Part shown: positions 10,301 to 19,979 of the stretch, one piece after another | Layout: every line of letters begins with the position of its first letter | Numbering within the stretch: position 1 is the stretch's first letter | Source: an uncultured Bacteroidales bacterium | GTDB lineage: Bacteria > Bacteroidota > Bacteroidia > Bacteroidales > VadinHA17 | DNA: 64,000 nucleotides | Direction: 5' to 3' | NCBI GenBank assembly: GCA_963696535.1 | Contig: CAVOKP010000017.1 | Location: 20,440-84,439, forward strand | Program-made: the position numbers and the translations under genes | Notes under the pieces: generated by a model | Told to the model about the DNA's origin: nothing | The model's input: only the letters and a program-made list of their open reading frames with translations | The model's database searches: none

Positions 10301-10876
10301 CTGCAGGGGAAAAGCGCTCCTGTCGGCCTCCGGATCGTATGTTTCATGCCTCTGGATCTCAAGATAGAAGTCGTCGCCGAAGAGGTCGAGGTAGCCTTTC
10401 AGAACATTCTCGGCATTGCTTATGGATCCGTTGAGGATCTCGTCCTGAATCTCGCCTGCAAGGCAGGCCGAGGAGGCTATCAACCCTTCCCTGTATTGCG
10501 CCAGCAACTCCTTGTCGATCCTTGGCTTGTAATAAAATCCCTTTATCCATGCCAGCGATACAAGCTTGATCAGGTTTTTATAGCCTGTAAGGTTTTTTGC
10601 AAGAAGTATCAGATGGTCCCCCGAGCGGTCCTCCTTTCCCGAAACTTCGGCGATGGATCTTTTGGCGACATATATTTCACACCCGATAACCGGTTTTATC
10701 CCCTTTTTTGTTGCAGCTGCATGAAACTCCTTGACGCCAAACATATTGCCATGGTCGGTGATCGCAATGGCTTCCATTCCCAAGGATTTGACCTTATCCA
10801 TGAGGTTGGTGATATTTGAGGCTCCATCAAGGATAGAGTATTGTGTATGAACATGCAGGTGAGAAAAAGCGGCCAT
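7391..10876 (-). CDS. dnaE: DNA polymerase III alpha subunit
   Basis: PHP-domain start MAAFSHLHVHTQYSILDGA and full-length DnaE architecture. The start was moved to the ATG at 10876; the 29 upstream codons of the ORF look non-coding. Confidence 0.95.
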   Translation of the reverse strand: MAAFSHLHVHTQYSILDGASNITNLMDKVKSLGMEAIAITDHGNMFGVKEFHAAATKKGIKPVIGCEIYVAKRSIAEVSGKEDRSGDHLILLAKNLTGYKNLIKLVSLAWIKGFYYKPRIDKELLAQYREGLIASSACLAGEIQDEILNGSISNAENVLKGYLDLFGDDFYLEIQRHETYDPEADRSAFPLQQKVIGVFREFAAKYNVRIIATNDVHFINAGDAEAHDRLICLNTAKDIDDPDRLRYSRQEYLKTEEEMRSIFSDIPEAIDNVGDLVDKIEKYKLDHDPIMPDFELPEGYTDDNEYLRYLTYQGAKERWGKLTDEQMERLEFELDTIAKMGFPGYFLIVQDFLKAARDMDVSVGPGRGSAAGSAVAFCLRITDIDPIKYGLLFERFLNLDRISMPDIDIDFDEDGREKVLKYVVDKYGHDKVAHIITFGTMAAKLAIRDVARVQKLPLADADRLAKMVPDRPGVTLSAAYAEVPELARERNSSNKLIAQTLKFAEVLEGSVRQTGIHACGIIIGKESLDNYIPLCTAKDTDLYATQYDGSQVGQVGLLKMDFLGLKTLSIIKDCVENIKRSKGIDIDIDNLPLDDKKTFELFSNGETTGIFQFESTGMKRYLRELKPNRFEDLIAMNALYRPGPMEYIPKFIRRKLGLEPIDCPLPVMEKYLNDSYGITVYQEQVMLLSQELAGFTKGEADNLRKAMGKKKKSIMDEMNLKFREGCGKKGYDETIVNKIWSDWEAFAQYAFNKSHSTCYALIAYQTGYLKAHHPAEYMAAVLSRNISDIKKITIFMDETRRMGMEVLGPDVNESYVKFTVNREGNLRFGLGGIKGVGESAVLQMIKEREENGIYKSIYDLVERVNLNALNKKNLEAMAVAGAFDCFTNISRAQYFSTDTRGVSFIENLIRYGNNAKIVKQSSQQTLFGGSGGFDIIKPEAAPCPDWPKLEKLNREKEVIGIYLSSHPLDDFRLEINTFTTATLADLQNLSEFNDRDVVVAGMVTDTKNGTGKNGKPYGSFTLQDYTDSFRFMMFDKEYLEFSKFFNIGYYLLVKGRVQKRKYREDELEFHIKTINLLSSVKDELIKSVTLKINPENISMELISSLMEMVKENKGSTELKFIFFDPEDKISLSMFSRTMRVRLNNELITFLDDYPGLEYKVN

Positions 10877-11072
10877 AAGGGATGAAAGTTTACTGAAAGA
10901 CTGGATCCCAAAAATAGATAAAAAAGGATAATGGCCCATTAACAAACAATGACCAGATATCAACTTTATATTATTAAAGGAGATCTTGAAAAAAATTAGG
11001 ATTGATAATGATTTATTGAGAAAAACTATATTTTTGCAACCCGATGCATGGCATCAGCCAGGACAGTGAAAA

Positions 11073-11080
11073 TAATTTTG
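11073..11080 (+). promoter_or_regulatory. Bacteroidota sigma-A -7 box (TAATTTTG) upstream of the SusC-like gene
   Basis: Matches TAnnTTTG about 40 nt upstream of the ATG at 11120. A second match (TATTTTTG) lies near 11029. Confidence 0.45.
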
Positions 11081-11119
11081 CAATCCTGATTAAATTATTA
11101 ACTACCTAAACCAAAAGTT

Positions 11120-14100
11120 ATGAAGAAACTTCTGTTACTGTTTTTTGTTATCTGTGGTTTTATGCTCCCCCTCAGCGGTCAGCAAAAGTCCGTTACTGGG
11201 ACGGTTACCGAAGCGGAAGATAACCTTCCGCTTGTCGGAGTGACTGTACTCGTAAAGGGAACCACAACCGGACTTGTTACTGATATTAATGGCAGATATC
11301 AGATAAATGCTCAGGCAGGTTCGACTCTCGAATTCCGGTATGTCGGAATGAAGACAAAGGAGGTCATGATCGGCACTGACAATGTTTACAATGTCACAAT
11401 GGAACTTGAGTCGACCGTCCTCGACGAAATTGTCGTGGTGGGTTACGGAACCCAGATCAAGTCGAAGGTCTCGAGCAGCATCACAAAAGTCGACGGGGAA
11501 TCATTGCAGAATATGCCTGTCGCATCTGTCGAGCTTGCCCTTCAGGGTAAAAGCGCCGGAGTATTTATTGAATCGCTCAATGGTAAAGCAACCGGATCGA
11601 CAAGGATGAGGATCAGAGGATCATCTTCAGTCACTGCAAGCAACGAACCCCTTTATGTTGTTGACGGAGTGCCACTTTCGACCGAGACTCTTAACCAGTC
11701 GGGCGCAGCAATTAATCCTCTCTCAACCTTTAATTTCAACGACGTCGAGTCGGTCGAAATCCTTAAGGATGCTGCTTCGGCTGCAATATTTGGTTCTAGG
11801 GGGGCAAATGGCGTTGTCCTTATTACAACCAAAAAGGGGATCAGCGGAGATACGAAACTGAACTTCACCCTTCAGAGGGGGATGAGCCAGGCTTCACACC
11901 TCAGGGATTTCATGAACGCAGAACAATATGTCAGTTATTTTGAAGAGGCAGCCTATAACAGTGATCTTTACGAAGGGTACGATCCGATAAATAATCCTGG
12001 TGACTATTCAGGCTCATGGCTTCAGTTTGCAAGGACCCGCTTTAACCGCTACGACGGTTGGGCAACATATACCGACCCTGAACTTGCAGTCGACACCGAC
12101 TGGCAGGATCAGGCCTTCCAGACAGGGCAGCTTATGACTGCAGATTTTTCGGCACAGGGCGGAAATGAGAAGCTGAAATTCTTTGCCAGCGGATCATACA
12201 GCAGCCAGGAGGGGATCCTTGTATCGAACGGCATTCAGAAAATGTCGGGGAGGCTCAATCTCGACAACAAGGTGAACAATTTCATCGACATGGGGCTTGC
12301 ATTAAGCCTTACCAAAACAGTTATTGACCAGGTTTCGGCCGACAATGCCTTCTCGACTCCAATGCAGCTTGTGGCAATGTCGCCGATAACACCGGTAAGG
12401 GACCTCGACGGGGTTTTGTATAACACCCCGGTTACGACCTATTATAACGGACTGATCGATGTCGAGGAGGCCAACAGGGATATCTCAAACTTCAGGACCC
12501 TGGTGAACAGCTATTTGAGCTTTCAGCTGGCGAAACCCCTGAAATGGAGAAATGAACTGGGCTTCGACCTTTACAGCACAAAGGAGAATGCAAGGTACGG
12601 ACAGAGGACCGATTCAGGCCGGGGAATAGGTGGTTACGGATTTGCAAACTACGGAGAGAATCAGAACCTTTCGGCCAAGTCGTATCTCGACTTTATAAAG
12701 CAGATGAGCAGTATCGGAGTGAGCGCAGTGCTGGGAACCGAGTATCAGTACACCGTTATTGATAATGCATGGGCCGAGGGCCAGGAGTTCCCGCTCGACG
12801 ATCTCAAGACGCTCGCAAGCGCAGGGCTCATAAGCGGGGCATCATCATCAAAGACAGAATACAGCTTCCTGTCATACTTCTCAAGGGTGAACTTCGACTA
12901 TAATGCAAAATATCTTGTAACACTTGCCGGACGTGTTGACGGATCGTCAAGGTTCGGAAAGAATTCAAGATACGGATTTTTCCCTGCATTGTCGCTGGGA
13001 TGGGTTTTAAGCAAGGAAGGCTTCCTGGCTTCGAATCCCACGATAAGCTTCCTTAAGCTGAGAGCCAGCTACGGGCTTACAGGAAACGCCGGAATCGGTA
13101 ACTTCAGGCATCTTGGCCTTTTCGGAGTCGACAGTTACAACGGATCATCGGGCCTGATCCCTTCACAGATCGCAAATGCCGATCTTGGATGGGAAACTAC
13201 AAGGCAGATGGATCTTGGTCTTGATTTCGGATTCTTTAAAAACAGGATCTCGGGTGAGATCGATGTTTACATGAAGAATACAAATGATCTGCTTCTCGAC
13301 GTTCCTGTTCCTGCAACATCCGGTTATACGGTTCAGACCCAGAACGTGGGTGCAGTAACCAACAAGGGAGTTGAATTCGTGATAAACACAACTAACCTTA
13401 CCGGAGAATTCGAATGGGCGACAAGCCTGAATTTCTCATTTAATAAGAATAAGGTAACAGATCTTGGAGGACAGATGGTTATTGATGAGGGAAGCTCACG
13501 CTTCATGAATGTAGTTATGGTAGGCCAGCCCCTTGGGATATTCTACGGAGCAGAATATGCTGGCGTTGACCCGGATAACGGCGACGCCATCTGGTATGTA
13601 AATACGAAGGATGAAGATGGAAATGTGACTGACCACACCACTACCACAAATGATTTCGCAGAAGCCAATTTTGTCGTTCTGGGGAATCCGAATCCTCCAC
13701 TATTGGGAGCCATAACAAACACTTTTAACTACAGGGGAGTAGGTCTCACTTTTACTTTCCAGGGTGTTGCTGGCAACAAGCTCCAGATGGCCGGAGATCC
13801 ATATATGGCTGCCAATGCAGCATGGTTTGACAACCAGACTACCGATCAGCTGGCTAGCTGGAAAGAGCCGGGTGACATTACAATGATCCCGCAGGCCCGT
13901 CTGGGGTATAGCAATGGTGACCAGGCCAGGAGCAGCAGATATATATCCGACGGAGATTACCTTAAACTGCGCTCAGCAATGCTCAGCTATGACCTTCCGT
14001 CACAGTTTGTAAGAAAACTGGGACTCAGCGGATTAAGAGTCTATTTGCAGGGTCAGAACCTTCTGACATTTACGAATTTCATCGGATGGGACCCTGAGGT

Positions 14101-14200
14101 ATCTTCTGATTTTGCAGTTTCAAATATCACCTCAGGACTCGATTTCTATTCTGCCCCGCAGCCCAGGACCATTCTTGTAGGGCTAAGTATAAATTTATAA
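11120..14200 (+). CDS. SusC/RagA-family TonB-linked outer membrane protein
   Basis: Signal peptide, CarboxypepD_reg-like domain (VTGTVTEAEDNLPLVGVTVLVKGT), plug (VVVGYGTQ...ITKVDGESLQNMP), and a 1026-aa barrel ending in an aromatic residue. Confidence 0.95.
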   Translation: MKKLLLLFFVICGFMLPLSGQQKSVTGTVTEAEDNLPLVGVTVLVKGTTTGLVTDINGRYQINAQAGSTLEFRYVGMKTKEVMIGTDNVYNVTMELESTVLDEIVVVGYGTQIKSKVSSSITKVDGESLQNMPVASVELALQGKSAGVFIESLNGKATGSTRMRIRGSSSVTASNEPLYVVDGVPLSTETLNQSGAAINPLSTFNFNDVESVEILKDAASAAIFGSRGANGVVLITTKKGISGDTKLNFTLQRGMSQASHLRDFMNAEQYVSYFEEAAYNSDLYEGYDPINNPGDYSGSWLQFARTRFNRYDGWATYTDPELAVDTDWQDQAFQTGQLMTADFSAQGGNEKLKFFASGSYSSQEGILVSNGIQKMSGRLNLDNKVNNFIDMGLALSLTKTVIDQVSADNAFSTPMQLVAMSPITPVRDLDGVLYNTPVTTYYNGLIDVEEANRDISNFRTLVNSYLSFQLAKPLKWRNELGFDLYSTKENARYGQRTDSGRGIGGYGFANYGENQNLSAKSYLDFIKQMSSIGVSAVLGTEYQYTVIDNAWAEGQEFPLDDLKTLASAGLISGASSSKTEYSFLSYFSRVNFDYNAKYLVTLAGRVDGSSRFGKNSRYGFFPALSLGWVLSKEGFLASNPTISFLKLRASYGLTGNAGIGNFRHLGLFGVDSYNGSSGLIPSQIANADLGWETTRQMDLGLDFGFFKNRISGEIDVYMKNTNDLLLDVPVPATSGYTVQTQNVGAVTNKGVEFVINTTNLTGEFEWATSLNFSFNKNKVTDLGGQMVIDEGSSRFMNVVMVGQPLGIFYGAEYAGVDPDNGDAIWYVNTKDEDGNVTDHTTTTNDFAEANFVVLGNPNPPLLGAITNTFNYRGVGLTFTFQGVAGNKLQMAGDPYMAANAAWFDNQTTDQLASWKEPGDITMIPQARLGYSNGDQARSSRYISDGDYLKLRSAMLSYDLPSQFVRKLGLSGLRVYLQGQNLLTFTNFIGWDPEVSSDFAVSNITSGLDFYSAPQPRTILVGLSINL

Positions 14201-14220
14201 ACGCGTAATATCATAGTATA

Positions 14221-15567
14221 ATGAAAAAGATATTTTCAATCTCAGCAATAGTCGTTCTGATGCTGTTTTTTACAGCCTGCGACAAACTACTGGACCTTGA
14301 GCCTTACCAGAGTATCAGCGAAGAGCTCTCACTTGAGTCCGATGCCAACGTCAAGAGCGTTCTTAAGGGCGCTTATGCACAATTTGATGATCCCAGCATT
14401 TACGGCGGCAACCTGCTTAGAAATGCCGAGCTCCTTGGAGCTGCCAATGAATGCATGTGGGTTGGTACCTATGGCGGACCGCGTCAGATATACAATAAAC
14501 AAATGAACTCTTCAAACGAAGATGCTTCCAGTCAATGGATCGACAGCTACGAGGTTATCAACATTGCCAATAACGTTCTGAGTGCACTTGAGGTTGTTGA
14601 CGAAGAGGACCGCGACAGGGTGGAAGGTGAAGCCCTGTTTTTACGCAGCCTTATGTTTTTTGACCTAGTAAGGTTCTATGCCCAGCAATACCAGTCAGCA
14701 ACTGCTGGCACACAGCTGGGAATTCCCCTTGTCCTGACCCCGACCCGCGGAATTGATGAAGAAAGCTTTATCTCACGCAATTCAGTGGAGGAGGTTTATA
14801 ATCAGGTTATTGCCGACCTTGTTCTGGCAGCCTCAAAACTACCTGAAGAAAATGAAGTATATGCCACAAGCGGAGCAGCAAATGCATTGCTTGCAAGAGT
14901 ATATCTTCAGAAGGGTGATTATGCCAAGGCAAGAGATGCCGCAAGCCTGGTCATTGAATCGGGATTATATGAGCTTCTTCCTTCTTATTCAGATGTTTTC
15001 AATAACGACGATAATACATCGGAGGATATCTTTGCCACACAGATCACATCACAGGACATGATGAGCTCAATGACAGAGTTCTTTTCCATACCTGAATTTG
15101 GAGGAAGGGACGGAGACATCCAGATACTTGACGGACACCTGGATCTCTATGCAGCAGGTGATGAGAGACGCGACCTCTTCTTCCTCGGAAACGGGGAAAT
15201 GCGCTCAGGCAAATGGAATAACCTTTACGGTGTCGTCAACCTGATCCGCCTTTCAGAAATGTACCTTATTAGGGCAGAGTGTAATCAGAGGCTCACCACC
15301 ACTATCGGCGACACTCCGCTGAACGACTATAATGCCGTTCATACAAGGGCCGGGTTAACAGGAACCGGCACGGTTACACTGAATGATATCCTTCTTGAAA
15401 GAAGGCTGGAACTCTCATTTGAGGGACACAGGATTCATGACCTGCGCAGGTTGCGCCAAAGTGTCGGCACACTTCCTTTTGATGATCCGCGTCTTGTGTT
15501 TCCGATACCATTCAGGGAAACCGAGGCGAATCCGAATCTGAAATCACAACAGAATCCGGGGTATTAA
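14221..15567 (+). CDS. SusD/RagB-family nutrient-binding outer membrane lipoprotein
   Basis: Lipobox (LFFTACDK) and TPR-like SusD body. It sits immediately downstream of the SusC-like gene. Confidence 0.9.
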   Translation: MKKIFSISAIVVLMLFFTACDKLLDLEPYQSISEELSLESDANVKSVLKGAYAQFDDPSIYGGNLLRNAELLGAANECMWVGTYGGPRQIYNKQMNSSNEDASSQWIDSYEVINIANNVLSALEVVDEEDRDRVEGEALFLRSLMFFDLVRFYAQQYQSATAGTQLGIPLVLTPTRGIDEESFISRNSVEEVYNQVIADLVLAASKLPEENEVYATSGAANALLARVYLQKGDYAKARDAASLVIESGLYELLPSYSDVFNNDDNTSEDIFATQITSQDMMSSMTEFFSIPEFGGRDGDIQILDGHLDLYAAGDERRDLFFLGNGEMRSGKWNNLYGVVNLIRLSEMYLIRAECNQRLTTTIGDTPLNDYNAVHTRAGLTGTGTVTLNDILLERRLELSFEGHRIHDLRRLRQSVGTLPFDDPRLVFPIPFRETEANPNLKSQQNPGY

Positions 15568-15610
15568 TAAATCGTAGAGACGGGTCTCAGACCCGTCTCT
15601 ACGATTTATT
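15566..15610 (+). terminator. perfect 21-bp stem hairpin overlapping the SusD-like stop codon
   Basis: aataaatcgtagagacgggtc-tca-gacccgtctctacgatttatt. It resembles the AGAGAC/AGGGAC...GTCTCT/GTCCCT hairpin family seen at 55766 and 61082. Confidence 0.7.
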
Positions 15611-15662
15611 ATATATCAATTATATAAACATCAATTGTAATTGTTTCCATAATATTTTTCTA

Positions 15663-15670
15663 TATCTTTG
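15663..15670 (+). promoter_or_regulatory. Bacteroidota -7 box (TATCTTTG) upstream of rpsP
   Basis: Matches TAnnTTTG about 48 nt upstream of the rpsP ATG. Confidence 0.45.
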
Positions 15671-15717
15671 CACCCACATTTTTAAAAAGCAGGTTAAACA
15701 AAAAGCATTAAAATTAA

Positions 15718-16314
15718 ATGGCAGTTAGAATCAGATTAGCTAGAAAGGGCCGCAAGAGAACGGCCTACTACCACGTGGTGGTAGCAGACAGCAGGTCGCC
15801 ACGTGATGGCAGATATATTGAGAAAATCGGAATTTATAATCCGATAACCAATCCCGCCACAATCGAACTCGATTTCGATAAGGCCCTGGGATGGCTGCAA
15901 AATGGTGCGATACCTTCGGAAACATGCAGAGCTATCCTCTCTGTTAAAGGCGTACTTATAAAGAAACACCTGCTTGAAGGAGTTAAAAAGGGTGCTTTTG
16001 ATGAAGCTGAGGCAACAAAACGGTTCGAAGCCTGGATGAAACAGAATGAGGAGAAGATCGAAGCACGCAAATCAGGTCTCGAAAAATCGCAGGATGATGC
16101 TATTGACAAACGCCTCGTTGCAGAAAAGAAAATAAATGAAGCAAGGGCAGCAAGACTGGCTAAAAGACAGGCTGATCTTGCAGCAAAAGCTGAAGCAGCA
16201 GCGAATCCAAAACCGGTTCTGGCAGAAGAGGCTCCCGTTGAAATCCCTGCGGAAGCCCCGGCAACTGACGAGGCTGCACCGGAGATTGCTACTGAAGAAA
16301 AACCAGCAGAATAG
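15718..16314 (+). CDS. rpsP: 30S ribosomal protein S16 with a long Ala/Glu/Lys-rich C-terminal extension
   Basis: [42 protein letters not shown]. Confidence 0.95.
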   Translation: MAVRIRLARKGRKRTAYYHVVVADSRSPRDGRYIEKIGIYNPITNPATIELDFDKALGWLQNGAIPSETCRAILSVKGVLIKKHLLEGVKKGAFDEAEATKRFEAWMKQNEEKIEARKSGLEKSQDDAIDKRLVAEKKINEARAARLAKRQADLAAKAEAAANPKPVLAEEAPVEIPAEAPATDEAAPEIATEEKPAE

Positions 16315-16340
16315 GACATCAATCCTGGGATCAGAACCCG

Positions 16341-16859
16341 GTGGCTTATATTGCCAACATATCACTCGGAAGGGTCCTTAAGATCCAGGGCTATGACGGC
16401 ACTCTGACAGTTAAGCTGGAGAAGGATTTTATTGAAAATATTCCCGCAATGGAATCGGTATTCCTCGAGATCGATGGAAAACCGGTTCCTTTTTTTTTAG
16501 CTTCATCGGCATATGAGGGTGGAGAAATCCTTAAACTAAGGCTCGAAGGATACGGGAGTTATGAAAAAGCAAACGGATTCGCAGGATGCACGGTCTACCT
16601 TACTTCCGGAGGAGAAAAGAGAGAACCCTCATCCGCAAACGGGAATATCGCCGGATTCAGGGTAATGCTGAAGGACAAGACAATTATTGGTGATATTGAG
16701 GAAGTAATAAGTAATCCCGGCCACGATCTGATGAAAATAATCTCACCTGAAAAAAAGGAGATACTGATTCCCTTCCATGGGGATTTCATTCTCCGCCTCG
16801 ATGAAAAGAAAAGGACCATAACGGTGCAGCTTCCCGATGGACTTATTGATCTGAATTGA
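16341..16859 (+). CDS. rimM: 16S rRNA processing protein RimM
   Basis: Follows rpsP. It has the RimM N-terminal barrel plus PRC-barrel layout (GRVLKIQGYDGTL...EILIPFHGDFILRLDEKKRTITVQLPDGL). The start is GTG. Confidence 0.8.
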   Translation: MAYIANISLGRVLKIQGYDGTLTVKLEKDFIENIPAMESVFLEIDGKPVPFFLASSAYEGGEILKLRLEGYGSYEKANGFAGCTVYLTSGGEKREPSSANGNIAGFRVMLKDKTIIGDIEEVISNPGHDLMKIISPEKKEILIPFHGDFILRLDEKKRTITVQLPDGLIDLN

Positions 16860-17033
16860 GGTTAATTCTGTTCGCCAACCCGGAGCCTGTGAAAAAGGAT
16901 ATTGTTTCAGGTATAAAAGATTATCGATACATGTATAATAATTGTTGAAATACAAAAAAATATTTTATGTCTGACCCTCGTATGGCCGATTTGTAATCTG
17001 TGGTGGAAAAATAATTATTGATTTTCATTTGAG

Positions 17034-17280
17034 TAACAAACAGGATCGCCTCACGAGACTCAGGGCAAGGGAAGAATCTCACGGATTCTACAAACAGGTC
17101 ACGCTATGCGGCTCAGATTAACCGGGAATGCCAATTAAGATATATGAGTGCAGTAGGCGCAACCTATTTTAAAAGGGAATGCCAATTAAGATATGTGAGC
17201 GCAGTAGGCGTCGACCTGATTGTAGAATGGAAATCTGACTCAACATCTTTGAGCTCCGTAGAAGCGACCTGTTTGTAGAA
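17034..17280. repeat. cluster of five ~31-nt repeat units (two inverted, three direct), including a 36-nt direct repeat with a 51-nt period
   Basis: Unit consensus is TGAGyNNCGTAGrmG-yGACCTGTTTGTAGAA at about 17034 and 17085 (reverse) and 17145, 17196, 17250 (forward). gggaatgccaattaagatatRtgagYgcagtaggcg occurs at 17124 and 17175. Confidence 0.75.
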
Positions 17281-17461
17281 ATCGAAACCACCCTCAGTAA
17301 TCAAAATCCGGATTGTCATAGTTGTTAATCGTATAGTAGTATAATAATGCTGCAGACTGTGTTGTAACCTCTATTTTCATCAAATCCATTACTCCCTGCA
17401 ACTAACTCAAAAAGAATCCGTCTTTAGATGAAACAAACCAATACATTAAAATCATACCGAA

Positions 17462-18166
17462 ATGAAAAGAGCAATCTATTCCGCACTATTCCTTGTTGCA
17501 TTATTTCTTACAACCGCGCTTGCATCGGGTCAGTCAAAAGAGACCCGGAATGTCAGTAACTTTACAAAGGTAAACTTTGGGGTTTCCGGTGAATTGTTCA
17601 TCAGGATCGGACCTGAATTCCAACTTACGATAGAAGGTGATAAAAGAGACATCGATGAAATTGAAACAATCGTTTCAGGCGACCGGCTCAATATCAGAAA
17701 GGAGAACTTCCGTTTCTCATTCAATGATAATGAAAGGGTTACGATAAACCTTACAATGCCTGCGATCGAGGGAGTTGGTGTTTCAGGATCGGGAAAGGTG
17801 CAGATAATGGATATGATTGAAGCCGATCATCTCAGCCTGAATGTAAGCGGCAGCGGGAAACTCTATACCTCGGGCTTGAATGTGGATGAGCTCAGTTGCG
17901 GGATATCAGGTTCGGGTGATGTGATTCTCGGTTCCGGCGGGAGCATCGACAACGGCGATATTTCAATAAGCGGATCGGGTGGCTTTTCGGGTGAGGAAAT
18001 TGAAATAGATCATCTGGAGGTCAGCATCTCGGGAAGCGGCAACTGCCGCTGCAGGGCAGGAGACTCGCTTGATGCCCGTGTCTCCGGAAGCGGAAATGTA
18101 ACCTATACCGGTAACCCCAGGGTAAATGCAAGGGTTTCAGGGTCGGGACATGTAAGATCGAAATAG
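17462..18166 (+). CDS. DUF2807 / head-GIN-domain (putative adhesin-like beta-helix) secreted protein
   Basis: Signal peptide followed by repeated (V/I)SGSG beta-solenoid rungs. Confidence 0.7.
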   Translation: MKRAIYSALFLVALFLTTALASGQSKETRNVSNFTKVNFGVSGELFIRIGPEFQLTIEGDKRDIDEIETIVSGDRLNIRKENFRFSFNDNERVTINLTMPAIEGVGVSGSGKVQIMDMIEADHLSLNVSGSGKLYTSGLNVDELSCGISGSGDVILGSGGSIDNGDISISGSGGFSGEEIEIDHLEVSISGSGNCRCRAGDSLDARVSGSGNVTYTGNPRVNARVSGSGHVRSK

Positions 18167-18171
18167 CAAAA

Positions 18172-18741
18172 TTATTTCCTGATAATTTTGATCACGCCAT
18201 TATCCTCTACTTTAATGATGGATGATGGCGTACTCTTATTATTGTCGGACTGCCGGTATTTCACAACGTAGTCAGCCGCCCTGATGATATCATCCTCTAT
18301 TTCCGAAAAGACTGATGGCGACGGCGAACCGCTGAAATTGGCCGATGTTGATACAATGGGTTTTCTGAACCTTGTTATCAGCTCATTGCAGAAATCATCG
18401 GTGCATACCCTTATGCCTACCGATCCGTCTTCGCTGCAGACTCCCGGAGCAAGGTTTTTGCCCTCGGGGTAAATGATAGTGATGGGTTTATCAGATACGT
18501 CCAGGATCTCTGCTGCAATCAGCGGGATATTTTTTACATAGCTCTCCAGCATACCGAATCCGTTCACAAGGATGATAAGGCTCTTGCTGTCAATCCGTTT
18601 CTTGATTCCGAAGATCCGCTCAACTGCTTTCTGGTTTGTTGCATCGCAACCGAGGCCCCAGATCGTATCGGTAGGATACAGTATTACCCCTCCCTCCCTC
18701 AGGGTATTCAAAGTAGATCTAAGATCTTCACTAAAATCCAT
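18172..18741 (-). CDS. tsaC: L-threonylcarbamoyladenylate synthase (YrdC/TsaC family)
   Basis: YrdC-domain strings ILYPTDTIWGLGCDA and STSANFSG. Confidence 0.85.
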   Translation of the reverse strand: MDFSEDLRSTLNTLREGGVILYPTDTIWGLGCDATNQKAVERIFGIKKRIDSKSLIILVNGFGMLESYVKNIPLIAAEILDVSDKPITIIYPEGKNLAPGVCSEDGSVGIRVCTDDFCNELITRFRKPIVSTSANFSGSPSPSVFSEIEDDIIRAADYVVKYRQSDNNKSTPSSIIKVEDNGVIKIIRK

Positions 18742-18743
18742 TA

Positions 18744-19979
18744 TTAAAATTTTAACTTAAGGACTTTGAGCCTTCTTTTCATTTCATCTATAACTGCTTT
18801 CTCATTTTGAACGGTATCTGCCTCAAATGTCACCGAGAACCTAACATATCTGCCTGCATCGTCCCATGGGACCGTTGAAATCAATGATTCCTTTATCAGG
18901 AATTCCGAAAACTCTGAAGCAGTAGTGAATACTTTTCCATCATGAGTTCCGGAGGGAGCCTTTACATAGCAGAAAAATGTTCCCTTTGGCTTTTTCGCAT
19001 TAAATCCGGCTTCCTTCAGGGCATCGATCAGGAGATCAAATCTTCTTGAATATTTTGCGGATGTGTTCTCTGTTATTTCAAGATGATCAAGGGCCTGAAC
19101 GGCTGCTTTCTGGATTGCCCTGAACTGTCCGGAATCGGTATTGTCCTTCACCGTTGCATAAGCGCTTACAGCTTTGCTGTTCCCGCAGATAAACCCGATC
19201 CTCCAGCCTGTCATGTTAAATGCCTTCGACAATGAATGAACTTCCATCCCGACATCCATTGCTCCTTTAACCGAAAGAAAACTGAGAGGCCTCTGACCGT
19301 CATATGTCAGTGCGCCATATGCTGAATCATTTACAACAACAATATTGTTCTTCCTGGCAAATGCCACAACCTGTTCAAAGAATTCAGCATTCGCCACTGC
19401 ACCTGTTGGATTATTCGGATAATTAAGGTAGAGCATCCTGGCCTTTTTCAGGATCGGCTCCGGGATCATGCCAAAGTCGGGCAGAAATGAATTTGATTCA
19501 GTAAGAGGGAGGTTAAACACTTCGCCGCCAAGGTACCTTGAATAGGTGGCAGTGACGGGATACCCCGGAACCGTGGTGAGCAGAACATCTCCGGGATTGA
19601 TGAAGCATATGGGCAGCATTGCCAGTATTGGTTTCGATCCGATGCCGTGGATAATATGTTCGGAGGGTATGATGTCGGAAAGTCCGTAAACCTTTTCGAG
19701 ATAACGGGCGGCAGCCTCCTGGAACTCAGGGATGCCGTTGTCGGCATACCATCTGTTGGCGGGTTTGCCGGCTTCCTCTGATAATGCTTTTACAACCAGG
19801 TTATCGGCTGGGGAGTCGGGTTCCCCGACACCCATGTCGATCAGTTCGACTCCCGGATGCGCTTTTTTTGCGGCAGCCTTGGCCCGCTTAATAAGCTCAA
19901 ATTTGTAAATCACCGTTGATTTACCGAAATTATGCCCTCCAAGCCTATCCGAGATCTTATCATCAAAAAAATTGTTCAT
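18744..19979 (-). CDS. dapL: LL-diaminopimelate aminotransferase (class I/II aminotransferase)
   Basis: 411 aa with PLP-Lys context SLSKAFNMTGWRIG and a DapL-like N-terminus (IYKFELIKRAK...IDMGVGEPD). Confidence 0.75.
   Translation of the reverse strand: MNNFFDDKISDRLGGHNFGKSTVIYKFELIKRAKAAAKKAHPGVELIDMGVGEPDSPADNLVVKALSEEAGKPANRWYADNGIPEFQEAAARYLEKVYGLSDIIPSEHIIHGIGSKPILAMLPICFINPGDVLLTTVPGYPVTATYSRYLGGEVFNLPLTESNSFLPDFGMIPEPILKKARMLYLNYPNNPTGAVANAEFFEQVVAFARKNNIVVVNDSAYGALTYDGQRPLSFLSVKGAMDVGMEVHSLSKAFNMTGWRIGFICGNSKAVSAYATVKDNTDSGQFRAIQKAAVQALDHLEITENTSAKYSRRFDLLIDALKEAGFNAKKPKGTFFCYVKAPSGTHDGKVFTTASEFSEFLIKESLISTVPWDDAGRYVRFSVTFEADTVQNEKAVIDEMKRRLKVLKLKF

Noticed and set aside
10016-10819. 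267-aa ORF on the plus strand
   Set aside because: It lies entirely antisense to the well-supported dnaE gene. The sequence is low-complexity and unfamiliar. It is a typical shadow ORF.
11318-11335. tRNA T-arm-like GGTTCGACTC string (and TTCGAATCC near 13031)
   Set aside because: Both lie inside the SusC-like coding frame with no acceptor or anticodon arms around them.
15718-16314. Unusually long (198 aa) S16 with a charged Ala/Glu/Lys tail
   Set aside because: C-terminally extended S16 proteins are common in Bacteroidota, so this is not anomalous.
15834-16322. 162-aa Ala/Ser-rich ORF antisense to rpsP
   Set aside because: It is a mirror of the Ala/Glu/Lys-rich S16 tail and therefore a compositional artefact.
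17034-17280. Possible CRISPR array
   Set aside because: The units occur in both orientations, spacing is irregular (about 50, 60, 51 and 54 nt between starts), the units are only about 70-80 percent similar, and there are no cas genes in the window.
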